Part shown: piece after piece, positions 1 to 11,099 of the stretch
Position numbering within the stretch: the stretch's first letter is position 1
Layout of the letters: every line of letters begins with the position of its first letter
Source of the DNA: Octopus vulgaris
Lineage: Eukaryota
Length of the DNA stretch: 64,000 nt
Assembly: GCA_951406725.2 (NCBI GenBank)
Contig: OX597815.1
Span: 173,724,001-173,788,000 of the forward strand
Reading direction: 5' to 3'
Program-made: the position numbers and the translations under genes
The notes under the pieces: model-generated
Seen by the model: the letters and a program-made list of their open reading frames with translations, nothing else
Database searches by the model: none
Told to the model about the DNA's origin: nothing

Positions 1-656
1 TCAAACCACACAGTCACAGAGTACCATCTTAAAAATAGGAGGTTACATTGGATAATATGGTTTTAGAAATGCTGTTTGAAAAGAAAAACAAAAACAAGAT
101 GTTCACAGCAAAAATATTGCCGATCAAACAACAACAAACATTCAGTACCTCTCTCAATTTCATACTGAAAAATGTATGGTTAACAACCTAGTTTATTCTT
201 TATTCCTTGTAGCTGCTCTTCTGCATTTAATACTTATGCTTTCATATCAGGCTCACACTTCTGATCACATGTACCACACACTGTCATTCAGAGAAAAGAT
301 TCTTTTATAAACAAAAGGAATCATTTCTTCTGTTCTTTAAATATAATACACTATCTTAAGTTCCAATGAGGGCATTTCAATAAACTAAGTAAATCAAGTG
401 GCTTACTTACTAAAATATGCTAATATAACAAACAAGAAATAAAGACTTTTCCATGAAGTAAGTAAATAAGCATTTTGAATTAGCATCAGTTTGATGACAT
501 TTTTTATGCTACCTTGCATTGACATGTTTTTAACTGCAGAGCCTTCTTGGGCCTGCAACAAATACTTCAGCATAAAACAATATTTTCCTATAATTTCTGC
601 ACAAATACATTACTCAGGATCATGTAATGATTGAATAAACATAGTATGAAACCTAC

Positions 657-819
657 CTATCTTCTGATAAACAGCTTCCCACCGCTGATTAAATGCATCA
701 AGATCAAACTGAACTTTCTCTTTCTTTCCTGTCTTCTTCTCTTGTTGCAACAAAGCATTTGCTTGCACTTTAAGATGTTCAACACGTTCTTCTTGGGACT
801 TCATGTCTTTTAATTTTAC
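657..819 (-). CDS. DMD: Dystrophin exon, spectrin repeat 5 (VKLKDMKSQEERVEHLK...AFNQRWEAVYQKI); equivalent of human exon 21
   Basis: 163 bp, weak tgtaaaag acceptor, AG/gtaggt donor, phase 0-1. Boundaries are less certain (second possible donor at 614/613). Confidence 0.8.
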
Positions 820-1301
820 CTTTTACAAATTACAGAAGATTTTTTTAAAATCATACAACTTCACTAAATAAAATATATACTATATAAGTAATGTGGCATT
901 GTTTGGTTGCATAGTAATGCTTTTTTCAAGCATGAACACCTTGCAGAAATATTTAATTAATTATTAATCAAGTAATTTAATTTAATTTAACCATGCTTTG
1001 TACATGTTATTTTTGGTCATAGTGAAAGACCTGGGAGGTAATGAGCTTTGTGAGACAGACTGCTTCATAGAAAAATACATTAAAGTCAATACTTCTATAA
1101 TAATCTAACAATCCATTCAGGATTTCAATATCCATGAATCCAAACATATGAATGGCTTGTTTTGAAATGGACTAAATCTAAATAATTTATGTATGTTTAT
1201 GAAATCACTAAAATTAGGCATTGTGAATCCAAATTCATAGATCTGGTAAGTGATTGTTGAAAAAAAAAAAAAAATCACCATAAATCCATAAGCCTATTAC
1301 C

Positions 1302-1532
1302 AATTTCTTTACTACCCACAAGGGGCTAAACACAGAGAGGACAAACAAGGACAGACAAACGGATTAAGTCGATTACATCGACCCCAGTGCGTAACTGGTA
1401 CTTAATTTATCAACCCCGAAAGGATGAAAGGCAAAGCCGACCTCGGCAGAATTTGAACTCAGAACGTAACGGCAGACGAAATACGGCTACGCATTTCGCC
1501 CGGCATGCTAATGTTTCTGCCAGCTCGCCGCC
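1302..1532 (-). mobile_element. tRNA-derived SINE (family A, probably Nin/Deu-domain type), full length with TSD
   Basis: Head GGCGGCGAGCTGGCAGAA, B-box-like GAGTTCAAATTC, core GACTTTGCCTTTCATCCTTTCGGGG-like; flanking direct repeat ccataagcctattacc at 1286-1301 and 1532-1547. Confidence 0.88.
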
Positions 1533-1718
1533 CATAAGCCTATTACCTGTGATATATAAACCCTAATATCCAGCTATTATGAACTTCTTTAGAATAAACA
1601 GAATATCAATAAAAATGAAGTTCCCCTCCATTTTTAAACAATAGTTATAAAAGTATCCATGTTAGAAACAGTGATTAAAACATCTTTCCCCAAAGTAAAG
1701 AGTGAAAGTTTAACTTAC

Positions 1719-1960
1719 TCGGCATTGCTCTAACTGATTACTGATTTCAATAGTTTCTTCTGAAATGTTCTCTGCGGTAGATGCCCATTTCTCATAATTC
1801 AACATCAAATCTTTCAGTGAATTCAGTTCGTCATAAAACTTTTTAGCTTCAATTTCCAGAAAAACCTTACTATGTGTCTCATTCAGAAGCTGATTGATAA
1901 TTTTCCATCTTTCTTCCAGCTCTTGTGTCAGCTTAGAAATATTGTCATAATTTTCACCCC
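1719..1960 (-). CDS. DMD: Dystrophin exon, spectrin repeats 4-5 (GENYDNISKLTQELEERWKIIN...QLEQCR); equivalent of human exon 20
   Basis: 242 bp, poly-T then aag acceptor, gtaagt donor, phase 1-0, open frame. Confidence 0.9.
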
Positions 1961-2141
1961 CTTAAAAAAAAAAAAAAAAAATGCTAATATAATTTAGCTT
2001 CAGAACAAATTTTTATTTAAAAGTACTAAAAATTTTAACATTTAAACAAGCAAAACAGTTCATCTCAAATTAAGAAGGTCCTTTGAATATCAATCATTAC
2101 AATAGAATTAGTTTACATATATTTCTTATATATATATATAT

Positions 2142-2379
2142 CATCATCATCATCGTTTAACGTCCGTTTTCCGCGCTAGCACGGGTTGGACGGTTTCGAC
2201 CGGGGTCTGGGGAGCTCGGGACTGCCCCAGGCTCCAGTCTAGTCTGGCAGTGTTTCTACAGCTGGATGCCCTTCCTAATGCCAACCACTCCGCGAGTGTA
2301 GTGGGTGTTTTTTACGTGCCACCTGCACAGGTGCCAGAGGGGTCTGGCATCGGCCACGTTCGGATGGTGCTTTTTATGT
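2142..2379 (-). mobile_element. RTE-LINE 3' end / RTE-tailed SINE fragment
   Basis: (ATG)n tail; GGTTGGCATTAGGAAGGGCATCCAGCTGTAGAAAC motif; same 3' end that follows the RTE coding remnant at 31283-31650. Confidence 0.8.
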
Positions 2380-2635
2380 GGGGGGGGGGGTGCAGAAATA
2401 TATAGGGGAGCACCAGTGGGGAGGGGTGGTTCAGAGAAATGATGACAGGTTCTAGGCAAGTAGAACGTAGGATATCAAGAGAGGGGTAATGCATGGTGAA
2501 ATAGCGTGTTGAAGAGGGGGGTTCGAAGAGTAGACACCTATAATGGTGGTGGGAGAAGCGACATCCGGTATAGATGGAACAAAAATATAGAGATATCCGG
2601 TATTGGTGGTGGGGGTGGGCAAGGGCGGGTGCACC

Positions 2636-4631
2636 GGGAATATGCGAAGGTTGAACTTTAGAGAAACGGGCGGGAATGGCGATGTTTTTAGGGTGGCATG
2701 TAGAAAGAAAAGGAAAGCAAAGCAGATTGGTGGTTATAAGTTCAAAACATTTAAACGGTAGACAAATGTATGTATGTATGAAAAAAAAGAAGGGAGAAAT
2801 CTTAGCCTGCTCATGGACATCGCTGTAAGCCAGGGGAAGAAATGATAGTGAATGGTGGAGATCGAATTAAAGGGAACATGCGAAGGTTGAACTTTTAGAG
2901 AAACGAGCGGGAATGGCGATGTTTTTAGGGTGGCATGTAGAAAGAAAAGGAAAGCAAAGCAGATTGGTGGTTATAAGTTCAAAACATTTAAACGGTAGAC
3001 AAATGTATGTATGTATGAAAAAAAGAAGGGAGAAATCTTAGCCTGCTCATGGACATCGCTGTAAGCCAGGGGAAGAAATGATAGTGAATGGTGGAGATCG
3101 AATTAAAGGGAACATGCGAAGGTTGAACTTTTAGAGAAACGGGCGGGAATGGCGATGTTTTTAGGGTGGCATGTAGAAAGAAAAGGAAAGCAAAGCAGAT
3201 TGGTGGTTATAAGTTCAAAACATTTAAACGGTAGACAAATGTATGTATGTATGAAAAAAGAAGGGAGAAATCTTAGCCTGCTCATGGACATCGCTGTAAG
3301 CCAGGGGAAGAAATGATAGTGAATGGTGGAGATCGAATTAAAGGGAACATGCGAAGGTTGAACTTTTAGAGAAACGGGCGGGAATGGCGATGTTTTTAGG
3401 GTGGCATGTAGAAAGAAAAGGAAAGCAAAGCAGATTGGTGGTTATAAGTTCAAAACATTTAAACGGTAGACAAATGTATGTATGTATGAAAAAAGAAGGG
3501 AGAAATCTTAGCCTGCTCATGGACATTGCTGTAAGCCAGGGGAAGAAATGATAGTGAATGGTGGAGATCGAATTAAAGGGAACATGCGAAGGTTGAACTT
3601 TTAGAGAAACGGGCGGGAATGGCGATGTTTTTAGGGTGGCATGTAGAAAGAAAAGGAAAGCAAAGCAGATTGGTGGTTATAAGTTCAAAACATTTAAACG
3701 GTAGACAAATGTATGTATGTATGAAAAAAGAAGGGAGAAATCTTAGCCTGCTCATGGACATCGCTGTAAGCCAGGGGAAGAAATGATAGTGAATGGTGGA
3801 GATCGAATTAAAGGGAACATGCGAAGGTTGAACTTTTAGAGAAACGGGCGGGAATGGCGATGTTTTTAGGGTGGCATGTAGAAAGAAAAGGAAAGCAAAG
3901 CAGATTGGTGGTTATAAGTTCAAAACATTTAAACGGTAGACAAATGTATGTATGTATGAAAAAAGAAGGGAGAAATCTTAGCCTGCTCATGGACATCGCT
4001 GTAAGCCAGGGGAAGAAATGATAGTGAATGGTGGAGATCGAATTAAAGGGAACATGCGAAGGTTGAACTTTTAGAGAAACGGGCGGGAATGGCGATGTTT
4101 TTAGGGTGGCATGTAGAAAGAAAAGGAAAGCAAAGCAGATTGGTGGTTATAAGTTCAAAACATTTAAACGGTAGACAAATGTATGTATGTATGAAAAAAG
4201 AAGGGAGAAATCTTAGCCTGCTCATGGACATCGCTGTAAGCCAGGGGAAGAAATGATAGTGAATGGTGGAGATCGAATTAAAGGGAACATGCGAAGGTTG
4301 AACTTTTAGAGAAACGGGCGGGAATGGCGATGTTTTTAGGGTGGCATGTAGAAAGAAAAGGAAAGCAAAGCAGATTGGTGGTTATAAGTTCAAAACATTT
4401 AAACGGTAGACAAATGTATGTATGTATGAAAAAAGAAGGGAGAAATCTTAGCCTGCTCATGGACATCGCAGTAAGCCAGGGGAAGAAATGATAGTGAATG
4501 GTGGAGATCGAATTAAAGGGAACATGCGAAGGTTGAACTTTTAGAGAAACGGGCGGGAATGGCGATGTTTTTAGGGTGGCATGTAGAAAGAAAAGGAAAG
4601 CAAAGCAGATTGGTGGTTATAAGTTCAAAAC

Positions 4632-4635
<4 letters not shown>
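2636..4635. repeat. Tandem array, 235-bp unit, about 8.5 copies, nearly identical
   Basis: Unit start gggaa(c/t)atgcgaaggttgaac recurs about every 235 bp; six identical 62-aa ORFs are spaced exactly 235 bp apart; ends in (AT)n at 4636-4676. Confidence 0.98.
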
Positions 4636-4680
<45 letters not shown>

Positions 4681-4685
4681 CTTAC

Positions 4686-4773
4686 CAAATTTCAATTCTT
4701 CAATTAATTTTTTCCCAGTTTCCAAGAGTGAAGATACTTTATCATGGTGAGTTTTCACATCATTTTTTGTATC
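4686..4773 (-). CDS. DMD: Dystrophin exon, spectrin repeat 4 (DTKNDVKTHHDKVSSLLETGKKLIEELKF); equivalent of human exon 19
   Basis: 88 bp, ttgacag/gtaagt, phase 0-1. Confidence 0.9.
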
Positions 4774-4914
4774 CTGTCAAAAGAAAGAGTCCTATAAAAC
4801 AAAATGTTCTTTTTCCTTTCTTTTATTTTCAAATTTCAAAGGAAATATAAACTTTTTAGGCAGGGTCTCACATGTAAAATATAATTGGTCGAAATATTTC
4901 AGTCAACTGAGAGA

Positions 4915-5220
4915 TAATCCATGGCCTAGTGGTTAGAGCAGCGGACTCGAGGTCAAGGGATCGCGGGCTCGAATCTCAGATCGGGCGATGTGTGTGTTTA
5001 TGAGCAAAACACCTAAGCTCCACGTGGCTCTGGCAGAAGGTAATGACGAACCTCTGCTGACTCTTTTGCCACAACTTTCCCTCACTCTTTCCTCCTGCAT
5101 CTTGCAGCTTACCTGCGACGGACCAGCGTCCCGTCTAGGTGGGGGAACCTATACGTCAAGGAAACTGGGAAACCAGCCCTTATGAGCCAGGCATGGCTCG
5201 AGAAGGAACAAACAACAAAC
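4915..5220 (+). mobile_element. tRNA-derived SINE (family B)
   Basis: A-box TGGCCTAGTGG, B-box-like GGCTCGAATC, (CAA)-type tail; a second copy lies at 53418-53725 on the opposite strand. Confidence 0.85.
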
Positions 5221-5599
5221 ATATGCAAAACTCTAGGAGTGCAATAAGATCAGTTGACTGAAACTTTTACACAATGCAAAACTAAATGGGGTAGATTTGA
5301 TCTTTAAAAATCAACTGGTAAAGTTATTGAAAGAAGCTTATAATGAAATAAGTGATAACTTAAAAATTTTAAGCAGTGCAATTATTAATTATTACATAAA
5401 TTAATGGTAAAAAGTGATTTATGAGAATACCTTATAAGTTTTAGAGAATAATTCTCAGTGAAATTGTTCCCTGGTTTCTAAGTTTTAACAGAAAACATTT
5501 ATAAGAAAAGAGATTCCTTCGTAAATCAAAAGCAAACTGTTATCAAACCATTTTATAATTTTATAATTACTATTAATATACTGATCAGAAATGATTCAA

Positions 5600-6500
5600 C
5601 ATGATTCTGCAAAGAGAAATTGCACAAATTTTGTTGTGAAACTCAAATTTAGAACGAGAAATAAATTATTTAAAATATTAAATACAATAGGTGCAGAAAG
5701 TAAAGAGTGGACATTGTAGCAGATGATAAGAAGTAGGTCATTGATGAATAAGAGGAAGTGAAAGGTGAACAAAACTAAATTTTGGAGCAAACCAGAATTG
5801 ATAGTGTAAGTCAGAACAAAACTACATCAGTACATAACTGTGAAGATGTGATAGGAAATCGCCAACTTAAGAGATAAAAAAAAAAGATAAATGGAGTGGA
5901 GAAAGATTGAAGATGTTGGCAATGATAAAAGCTACTTCTTGAAAACATTGTTTGAGGGTATTGGAAGGGAGATTGTCAGGGCCAGTGACTTGTACTTTTG
6001 AAGCAACCAGAAGTGCTTTCACACTTAGCATATATGTGTATATAGTTTGAGCCTAATGGAGTGAAAAGGGATAGTTTTGGAAGAGTTTCATCTAGTTTGT
6101 ACAATATGGAGTTGGAAGTAAAGTGGTGTGAGCAAATGGGGAGGTTTTCTATGTGAGAACAGAGGTGGTAAAGATGTCAAGAAGTTGGTAGAGAGCACGT
6201 TTAACAGGGGACCAAAAGGACTGGCAGTGATTTAGAATGTGGGAGAATAAAATATTTGTGTCTTGGAGAGATTAGGCCATGTGGATTTATATGTAAGAAA
6301 TGGTATGAGAGAGGAGTCTAGGTTGGACTAGAACCAAGATAAAGGATAACTGTTCAGTAGAAATAGCTTCATTATTTATTTATTTATTTTGGGACCTCTA
6401 CGAAAGTGAAAGAGTATTGTAGGTGCACTGTAGAGTCATGATAACCCCCTCCTTGCCTACTAGGAGGCTTGTCCAAATTGTTGAAATAGAATAAACAGTG
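5600..6500 (-). mobile_element. Degenerate non-LTR retrotransposon RT remnant (CR1/L2/Jockey group)
   Basis: FLLFINDLL motif in ORF 5596..5790; strand-biased GA-rich composition; limits approximate. Confidence 0.5.
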
Positions 6501-6731
6501 CTATAATCTGAATGCCCTGCCTATCCCTAATTATTCAACTATAAAATAAGTATAGACTATACAATGTGTTTTTGGTCAGAAGTATAGTCAGATGCTATAG
6601 ATGTAAGATTTGAAGTCATGACTTTAATGACATTAGCTTAGCATCTTAACCACATGTTATAAACTTTTTTTTAGAAATAGTAACTGTTAATAGAATCAGA
6701 GATGTAGAATTTAAGATTTCAAAGAAATTAC

Positions 6732-7043
6732 CTGAATTAAAACAAATTGCTCCTCTTCAGAAAACTCTTCTTGAGAAGCAAGGAAAGGATCATCATCATC
6801 ATCATCGTCATCATCATCATCATCAACAGATAGCAATGCTAATGTTGATTCTGTCTTCTCAAACCAATCTTTCATTTTTTTCATGTCTATTTCAAATTCT
6901 AACCGTAAAGCTGTATCAGTTTTGCGCTTTTTCACCACATCAGGTGAAGTTGTTGGTTCAGACTTAGTCTCTCGAACTTTCTCTTCAGCAAGAATCTCCT
7001 CAAGATCTGTTATTTTACTAAGTTCAACTCCAGACCCGGCAAT
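6732..7043 (-). CDS. DMD: Dystrophin exon, hinge 2 and start of spectrin repeat 4, includes a D12 tract
   Basis: 312 bp, tttcag/gtaatt, phase 0-0, open frame; KKRK..TALRLEFEIDMKKMKDWFEKTE resembles repeat 4 helix A. Confidence 0.88.
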
Positions 7044-7388
7044 CTGAAATCAAATTAATTATATTTAAAATTTTCCTATTAAAGTATTAACAAATAGTAA
7101 TAAATTTCTTAGTAAAATCAAACAAACAAAAGCTATCCATAAATAATTTGCAGCAGGGAAAAAAATTAGAGAAATGACTGACAAAATGGCTAAACAAATT
7201 TCAAAAACTGCCACTCAAATGATTTCAAAATTAGTAATCTTAAATTTCTAGGACTTTATATAGTATTTTGTAATGGAAACGTTTTAATTCATTTCAATAT
7301 TTAAGAAATATCTTCATAATTTATAAACATCTAATATTAGCTTAGAATTAAAAAGTAAAAAGTAAAATTTATATAATTTTGATGTTAC

Positions 7389-7568
7389 CTCTTGGCTCTG
7401 TGTTCCCATATTCTGAACCAGATTTTCCCATCGCTCTTGTACATCTTCAAGTTCAGTACTTATACGTTGAACAGCTTCTTTATCCTCTAGATTCTGGACA
7501 ATTTGCTGACCACACTCATATAGTTCATCAAAAGACTGTACTTGTACTTCCATTTCTTTTTCAATGGC
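7389..7568 (-). CDS. DMD: Dystrophin exon, spectrin repeat 3 (AIEKEMEVQVQSFDELYECGQ...ERWENLVQNMGTQSQE); equivalent of human exon 16
   Basis: 180 bp, ctttag/gtaaca, phase 0-0. Confidence 0.93.
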
Positions 7569-7633
7569 CTAAAGTGATAAAACAACTGGAATTTTACTCA
7601 GTGTAAGTTAGAAACCAGACAATTTTTTTAAAC

Positions 7634-10234
7634 ATGTTTTACAATGTCCAAGATAGCTTCATAGCTTCATTTCGTTCAAATTTTTTGGTAATTCCTTGTG
7701 CCGATTTGAACGAATCACAAGAAGAAGTTTTTTTCTGTGACGTGCGTATGACCATGTCAACACTCCTGCTTGGCGTTGTTTATCGTCCCCCAAGTTACCA
7801 TCGGGACACACAGCTTTGCAATGTCCTCCGAGCTGCTGCCAGGAAAACAGCCACTTATGTGTTTATTGCAGGCGATTTCAATCATCCTGAGATCGATTGG
7901 GAGACCTTCCATTGGCCACAGAGTGCAAACGATTTTGTTGAGCTTGTGCTGGACTCAAACTGGTCACAAGTAGTCACCTCTCCAACAAGAGGCGACAACA
8001 CCTTGGACCTGCTCTTCACCACAACTCCTGAAGCAGTTATCAATTGCACTACGGAGGAACCTCTAGGTGACTCTGATCATGCTATGATCATCGCCAATCT
8101 GGCTCTTGCGGGCAACAAAAACCTGAACCATCTCCAATCTGCTTCCTTCGATTGGAAGAGAGCAGATTGGAACCTGTACCACACTGAACTACAGCACCCA
8201 AACTGGCGTGAATTCTACAACTCTGGAGATGTGAATACTATACTCCAGAGTATCCTGGACTCAATATGGGCAGCATGTGCAGCATCAGTGCCACGTAAAC
8301 AAAAAAAGAAGAACCGCCCCAAAAGGGCAATTTGGGAAACTTCAGCGGTCCGACTTGCCAGGAGGGAACGTCGGACTGCTGAACGGGAATACAGGTTGCA
8401 TAAATCAGACACCAACAGGAAGAAGCGGAATAAATCCTCCAACCATCTCAAGCAAGTGACAAAAAAAGCAGTGCTTGAATTTGAACAGTGCATAGCAGCC
8501 AATCCTGACAGCAAGGTTTTCTGGAAATATGTGCACTCAAAGCAGAGACCTCACTCTCCAGTGGGCCCTCTTCGCAACCCTCACACAAACCAGATCACTG
8601 ACGACCCCAAGGAATGCGCAGAACTCATTGCCGAGTGCTATGCAAACATATTCACTGTTGAAAGTCAAAATGTACCATCTTCACCATCACTAACAGCAAA
8701 CTCCATAACAACTATGGAATTTACACCTGCAATGCTGCGACGTCACCTTCAAAATAAGCACAACTATGCCTCCCCTGGTCTCGATGGAGTTACATACCTG
8801 CTTCTCAAACGTGGCAGGCACTTCCTTTTACACCAGCTTTCTATTTTCTTCCAGTACTGTCTCAACAATGGTGCTACTCCGGAGCAGTGGAAAACTGCCA
8901 GTGTCATTCCTCTGTTCAAAAAGGGCGACCGCACATCACCTGTCAACTATCGCCCAGTCAGTCTCACTAGCTGTATTGCAAAACTGATGGAATTGTGTGT
9001 CAGAGAAACACTCTGGAACTTCTGGAGCTCTCACAGTCTCATCCGACCCTCACAATATGGATTTGTCCCTAACTCCAGCTGCAGTGACCAGCTTGTCGAG
9101 TTCCTTGAGGACATTACTCAGATTACTGACAGTGGCTCATGGGTGGATGTTGTCTACCTTGACTTTGCTAAGGCTTTCAACTCTGTGCCACACAAAAGGC
9201 TTATGGTGAAACTCTCTGCAATGGGTGTGGGGGATGACCTTTTTAACTGGTTGAAATCCTTCATCCTCAGCCGAAAGGAGGTAGTCACAGTTCTAGGACA
9301 GCACTCTACACCATATGAGATGTCATCGGGTGTACCACAGGGATCTGTCCTTGGTCCCCTCTTGTTTGTGGCATACATTAACGACATAGATGCCAATTTA
9401 AAGAATGCCACAGTATTGAAATATGCAGACGACATCAAGCTGTACCTTGAAATCAAGAGGACAGATCCTGATGTCTACAACTCTTTCCTGCAATCAGACC
9501 TAGACACAATGCAGCAATGGATCACAGACTGGCAACTGAAACTGGCTGTGGACAAGTGTACCACCATGCATTTTGGGAGAAAAAACCCTGCGTTCACATA
9601 CTCCCTCCACAACACTGATATCAAGAAATCCTCTTGTGAGCGTGACCTAGGCATCACTGTCAGCAGTGATTTGCGTTGGTCAAAGCATATCTCTAAGATT
9701 GTCAGGAAGGCCGAGGGTGTCTTGGCATCACTCAGCAGGTCTTTTGTTAGCCGCTCTCCAGCCATCTATTTAAAACTGTATACAGCTATGGTACGACCAC
9801 ACTTGGAATTCGCATCATCAGTTTGGAACCCCTATCTTGCACAGAACATTGACCTCCTGGAATCTGTCCAGAGACGTGCAACCAAACGCATACCCTCCAT
9901 CAGACACCTACCATATTCTGAGCGCCTTGTTTCCCTGGGCATGGATTCACTGAAGCTCCGGCGTTTGGCGACGGACTTGGTAAACACCCACAAAGTTATC
10001 AACCACCTCACCAACAACAACACTGAACACCTTTTTGATCTCCATGTGTCTAACACACGTGGACATGCCTACAAAGTCAGAAAACAATACAGCTCCCATG
10101 ACTTTCGGAAACATTTTTTCACGCTCAGAATTGCTGAAGCATGGAATAAACTGCCTGCGTCAGTTGTTGACTGCCATGACACTGCATCTTTTAAGGCCCT
10201 CATGCTTTCCGAAATCCGCCGAAACTACACCTGA
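7634..10234 (+). CDS. CR1-group LINE ORF2: partial APE endonuclease plus complete reverse transcriptase, 866 aa
   Basis: EN motifs YRPP, GDFN, PTRG..TLDL, SDH; RT motifs NYRPVSLTS, YLDFAKAF, GVPQGSVLGP, YADD; CR1-type C-terminus VRPHLEFA..WNPY, ESVQRRATK, TRGH; no stop codons. Confidence 0.95.
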   Translation: MFYNVQDSFIASFRSNFLVIPCADLNESQEEVFFCDVRMTMSTLLLGVVYRPPSYHRDTQLCNVLRAAARKTATYVFIAGDFNHPEIDWETFHWPQSANDFVELVLDSNWSQVVTSPTRGDNTLDLLFTTTPEAVINCTTEEPLGDSDHAMIIANLALAGNKNLNHLQSASFDWKRADWNLYHTELQHPNWREFYNSGDVNTILQSILDSIWAACAASVPRKQKKKNRPKRAIWETSAVRLARRERRTAEREYRLHKSDTNRKKRNKSSNHLKQVTKKAVLEFEQCIAANPDSKVFWKYVHSKQRPHSPVGPLRNPHTNQITDDPKECAELIAECYANIFTVESQNVPSSPSLTANSITTMEFTPAMLRRHLQNKHNYASPGLDGVTYLLLKRGRHFLLHQLSIFFQYCLNNGATPEQWKTASVIPLFKKGDRTSPVNYRPVSLTSCIAKLMELCVRETLWNFWSSHSLIRPSQYGFVPNSSCSDQLVEFLEDITQITDSGSWVDVVYLDFAKAFNSVPHKRLMVKLSAMGVGDDLFNWLKSFILSRKEVVTVLGQHSTPYEMSSGVPQGSVLGPLLFVAYINDIDANLKNATVLKYADDIKLYLEIKRTDPDVYNSFLQSDLDTMQQWITDWQLKLAVDKCTTMHFGRKNPAFTYSLHNTDIKKSSCERDLGITVSSDLRWSKHISKIVRKAEGVLASLSRSFVSRSPAIYLKLYTAMVRPHLEFASSVWNPYLAQNIDLLESVQRRATKRIPSIRHLPYSERLVSLGMDSLKLRRLATDLVNTHKVINHLTNNNTEHLFDLHVSNTRGHAYKVRKQYSSHDFRKHFFTLRIAEAWNKLPASVVDCHDTASFKALMLSEIRRNYT

Positions 10235-10283
10235 TTATATATACACTTTAGATGAGTTGTAGTGCACCTGAGCACTGTACACA

Positions 10284-10315
<32 letters not shown>
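7653..10315 (+). mobile_element. 5'-truncated young CR1-group LINE, antisense to dystrophin, with short 3' UTR stem-loop and (ATT)n tail
   Basis: GC shift relative to the intron; about 50-nt 3' UTR with TGTAGTGC-ACCTGA-GCACTGTACA (10258-10281); (ATT)n at 10284-10315; no TSD seen. Confidence 0.92.
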
Positions 10316-10316
<1 letters not shown>

Positions 10317-11099
10317 AATTCTCATAATCAGTCCCCACTACTTGAATAACAAAAAATAGAAAAAAATTATAAAACCTAAAGAAGGTTTGCTCTAGGTCAA
10401 CTTAAATCATACAAATCTATGACTAAGGGTGTTCCAGCAGTGATAATCTCATCAATTTTGCTGGTAGTGCACCTCGGAGGAATAATATATTCACCAGTAA
10501 TACCCAACCATAGAAGATATTTTTTTTACTTCTCCCTTCTCTTCCCTTATTCTCTATTCGCAACTCATGTTCATCTGGTTGAACTTGCTCAGTTTATTCA
10601 TTCAAATCTTCAGGTTTATAGATGTTCACAGCAATACATTTTGGTGATCTTTGATCCCACAAACATTCTTCTGCCCAGCATCATGTGAACATCACTATTG
10701 ACCAGCAGTTGACTATTTTATAAAAGCAGCACACCTACAATGCTGTTTCCAAATACTATATGTAACCCTAAGCTAAATATCTATCAGATGTTATATCTTG
10801 CCAAAGAACACCCTAGGTTTGGCCTCTTAGTCTTATTTCCACTTCTACCACTAATAACTGTATCCAGAGGTTGTATTCCTATCCACCACTTTGAGGATCC
10901 CTACACTGACGTTTCCTCTTCTACACTAATAGGAAAGAAAATTCCCTCTCAGTACTCCCAATATATTTATCCTGCAACACCAAGTTATAATTCTGAAATT
11001 CTTCAAATACCTCTATGCCCAATCTTGAAAAGTTCAATAAGAATGACACAGTCTTTTTCTTTTGCCTTCGAACACTGGTCCTGTAGACATACTATTCTC

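Noticed and set aside
3103-4466. Six identical 62-aa ORFs as a peptide gene cluster
   Set aside because: A by-product of the 235-bp tandem repeat; no recognisable domain, splice structure or promoter.
2636-4635. 235-bp array as a hammerhead retrozyme
   Set aside because: No CTGANGA...GAAA core found on either strand of the unit by eye; other ribozyme classes are not excluded.
4774-4794. Alternative upstream acceptor (tatag) for the 88-bp exon
   Set aside because: Would add 18 nt containing an in-frame TGA.
4915-4990. tRNA gene
   Set aside because: A and B boxes are present but continue into a SINE body and tail, with a second dispersed copy; no complete cloverleaf.
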